DNA from: Alphaproteobacteria bacterium
Lineage (GTDB): Bacteria > Pseudomonadota > Alphaproteobacteria > CALKHQ01
NCBI GenBank assembly: GCA_965227515.1
Contig: CBDDFZ010000001.1
Coordinates: forward strand, 1,760,001-1,824,000
DNA length: 64,000 bases
Reading direction: 5' to 3'
The notes beneath the pieces are model-generated. The model did not search any database, was not told where the DNA came from, and worked only from the letters and a program-made list of their open reading frames with translations. Positions 62,741 through 64,000 of the stretch are shown one piece after another (position 1 is the stretch's first letter; every line of letters starts with the position of its first letter). Position numbers and translations under genes: made by a program.

Positions 62741-63616
62741 ATGAGCACCGAACACGACGCGCCGGACCCGGCGATCACCATCGCCTTCCAGGGTGAGGCG
62801 GGCGCGAACTCCGACCTGGCCTGCCGCACCGCGTTTCCGGACTGGGTGTCGCTGCCGTGCCGCTCGTTCGAGGATGCGTTCGCGGCGGTGCGCGATGGGC
62901 GCGCCGACCACGCGATGATCGCGGTCGACAATTCGCTCGCCGGCCGGGTGGCCGACGTCCACCACCTGCTGCCCGACGGCGGGCTGTTCATCGTTGGCGA
63001 GCACTTCCAGCCGATCCACCACCAGTTGCTGGCGCTGCCGGGCACGAAGATCGAGGACGTGCGCACGGTCCACAGCCACGTCCACGCGCTCGGCCAGTGC
63101 CGCCGCCTGATCGCGCGGATGGGGGTGCAGGCGGTGGTGGAGGCGGATACGGCGGGTGCGGCGCGGCGCCTGTCGGAGGAGCGCGACCCCACCCAGGCAG
63201 TCATCGCCACCGAGCTGGCCGCCGATATGTACGGCCTGGAGACGCTGGCCGCCAACGTGGAGGACGCGGACCACAACACCACCCGCTTCCTGGTGATGGC
63301 GCGCCAGCGCCGCGACATTCCGGTCAATGCCGGGCCGTGCCTGACCACCTTCCTTTTCCAGGTGCGCTCGGTGCCGGCGGCGCTCTACAAGGCCCTGGGC
63401 GGGTTCGCCACCAACGGCATCAACCTGACCAAGCTGGAAAGCTACCTGATCGGCGGCGCGTTCGTGGCCGCGCAGTTCATCGCCGATGCCGAGGGCCATC
63501 CCGACGAGCGCCTGTTCCGGCTGGCGCTGGAGGAATTGCAGTTCTTCACCGAGCGGGTCAGCATTCTGGGCACCTATCCGGCCGACCCGTTCCGGCAACG
63601 CACGGGGCTGGGATAG
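62741..63616 (+). CDS. pheA: Prephenate dehydratase
   Basis: IAFQGEAGANS, NTTRF and NLTKLES. Confidence 0.93.
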   Translation: MSTEHDAPDPAITIAFQGEAGANSDLACRTAFPDWVSLPCRSFEDAFAAVRDGRADHAMIAVDNSLAGRVADVHHLLPDGGLFIVGEHFQPIHHQLLALPGTKIEDVRTVHSHVHALGQCRRLIARMGVQAVVEADTAGAARRLSEERDPTQAVIATELAADMYGLETLAANVEDADHNTTRFLVMARQRRDIPVNAGPCLTTFLFQVRSVPAALYKALGGFATNGINLTKLESYLIGGAFVAAQFIADAEGHPDERLFRLALEELQFFTERVSILGTYPADPFRQRTGLG

Positions 63617-63622
63617 CGCGCG

Positions 63623-64000
63623 GTGCCCGACGGACCGGATACGCGCCGCACGTTCCACAGGTTCCGCCTGTCGCCCAGCCTGATCGCGCACGTCTGGAAG
63701 GCCGTCACCCGCCAGTACCATCGCGAGAACCTGCCGGTGTTCGCCACCGTGCTGCCCCGCGACGGCGTGGTGCTGGACGTCGGTGCCCATGCCGGCCAGT
63801 TCACCAAGCTGTTCGCCAAGTTCTGCGACCGGGGGCGGGTGATCTCGTTCGAGCCGGGCACCTATGCGCGCTTCGTGCTGCGCTGCGCGGCCCTGGCGTC
63901 CGCCGCGTGCCGCCGCCGCGCCATGGTGCTGCCGATGGCGGTTGGGGCCGAGATCGGCATGCTCACCCTCAACATCCCGCTGAAGAAGGGGCGCGCGGTC
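63623..64000 (+). CDS. FkbM family methyltransferase (3' truncated by window edge)
   Basis: VVLDVGAHAGQFT...ISFEPG; not in the ORF track because it runs off the window. Confidence 0.8.
   Translation, partial: MPDGPDTRRTFHRFRLSPSLIAHVWKAVTRQYHRENLPVFATVLPRDGVVLDVGAHAGQFTKLFAKFCDRGRVISFEPGTYARFVLRCAALASAACRRRAMVLPMAVGAEIGMLTLNIPLKKGRAV

Overview
High-GC alphaproteobacterial chromosomal window (Rhodospirillales-like, inferred from gene content). It opens with the end of a prophage-like element next to tRNA-Phe (1-2960). Housekeeping and accessory genes follow: msrP, ahpD-ahpC, an oxyR interrupted by an in-frame TGA, leuA with a Leu-rich leader peptide, pmbA, an AT-rich CHAP/NlpC-like gene, GST, two fasciclin lipoproteins, hugZ-like, SCO, GT87, M23 peptidase, a debranching enzyme, a nucleoside ABC-cdd-deoC-deoA operon, an NMT1-type ABC transporter, a large NAD-glutamate dehydrogenase, arsR/arsI, yejABEF, hisN, a tandem di-haem cytochrome c, kdsB and pheA. 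Many REP-like palindromes lie between genes. The main finding is a 1154-bp IS110-family element (32747-33900) inserted in a REP hairpin. Its 5' non-coding end reads as a complete bridge RNA: two internal loops whose four guide segments match the reconstructed target (AATGGATCCTC) and donor junction (ACGGAAGATTGCATG), and circularisation would create a TTGACA-N17-CATGTT promoter. Second is a secreted caspase-like protease next to a secreted protein ending in an Arg-preceded 22-aa, 4-Cys beta-hairpin-like peptide, a possible undescribed protease/peptide system. All calls come from motif recognition by eye; no database searches were run.
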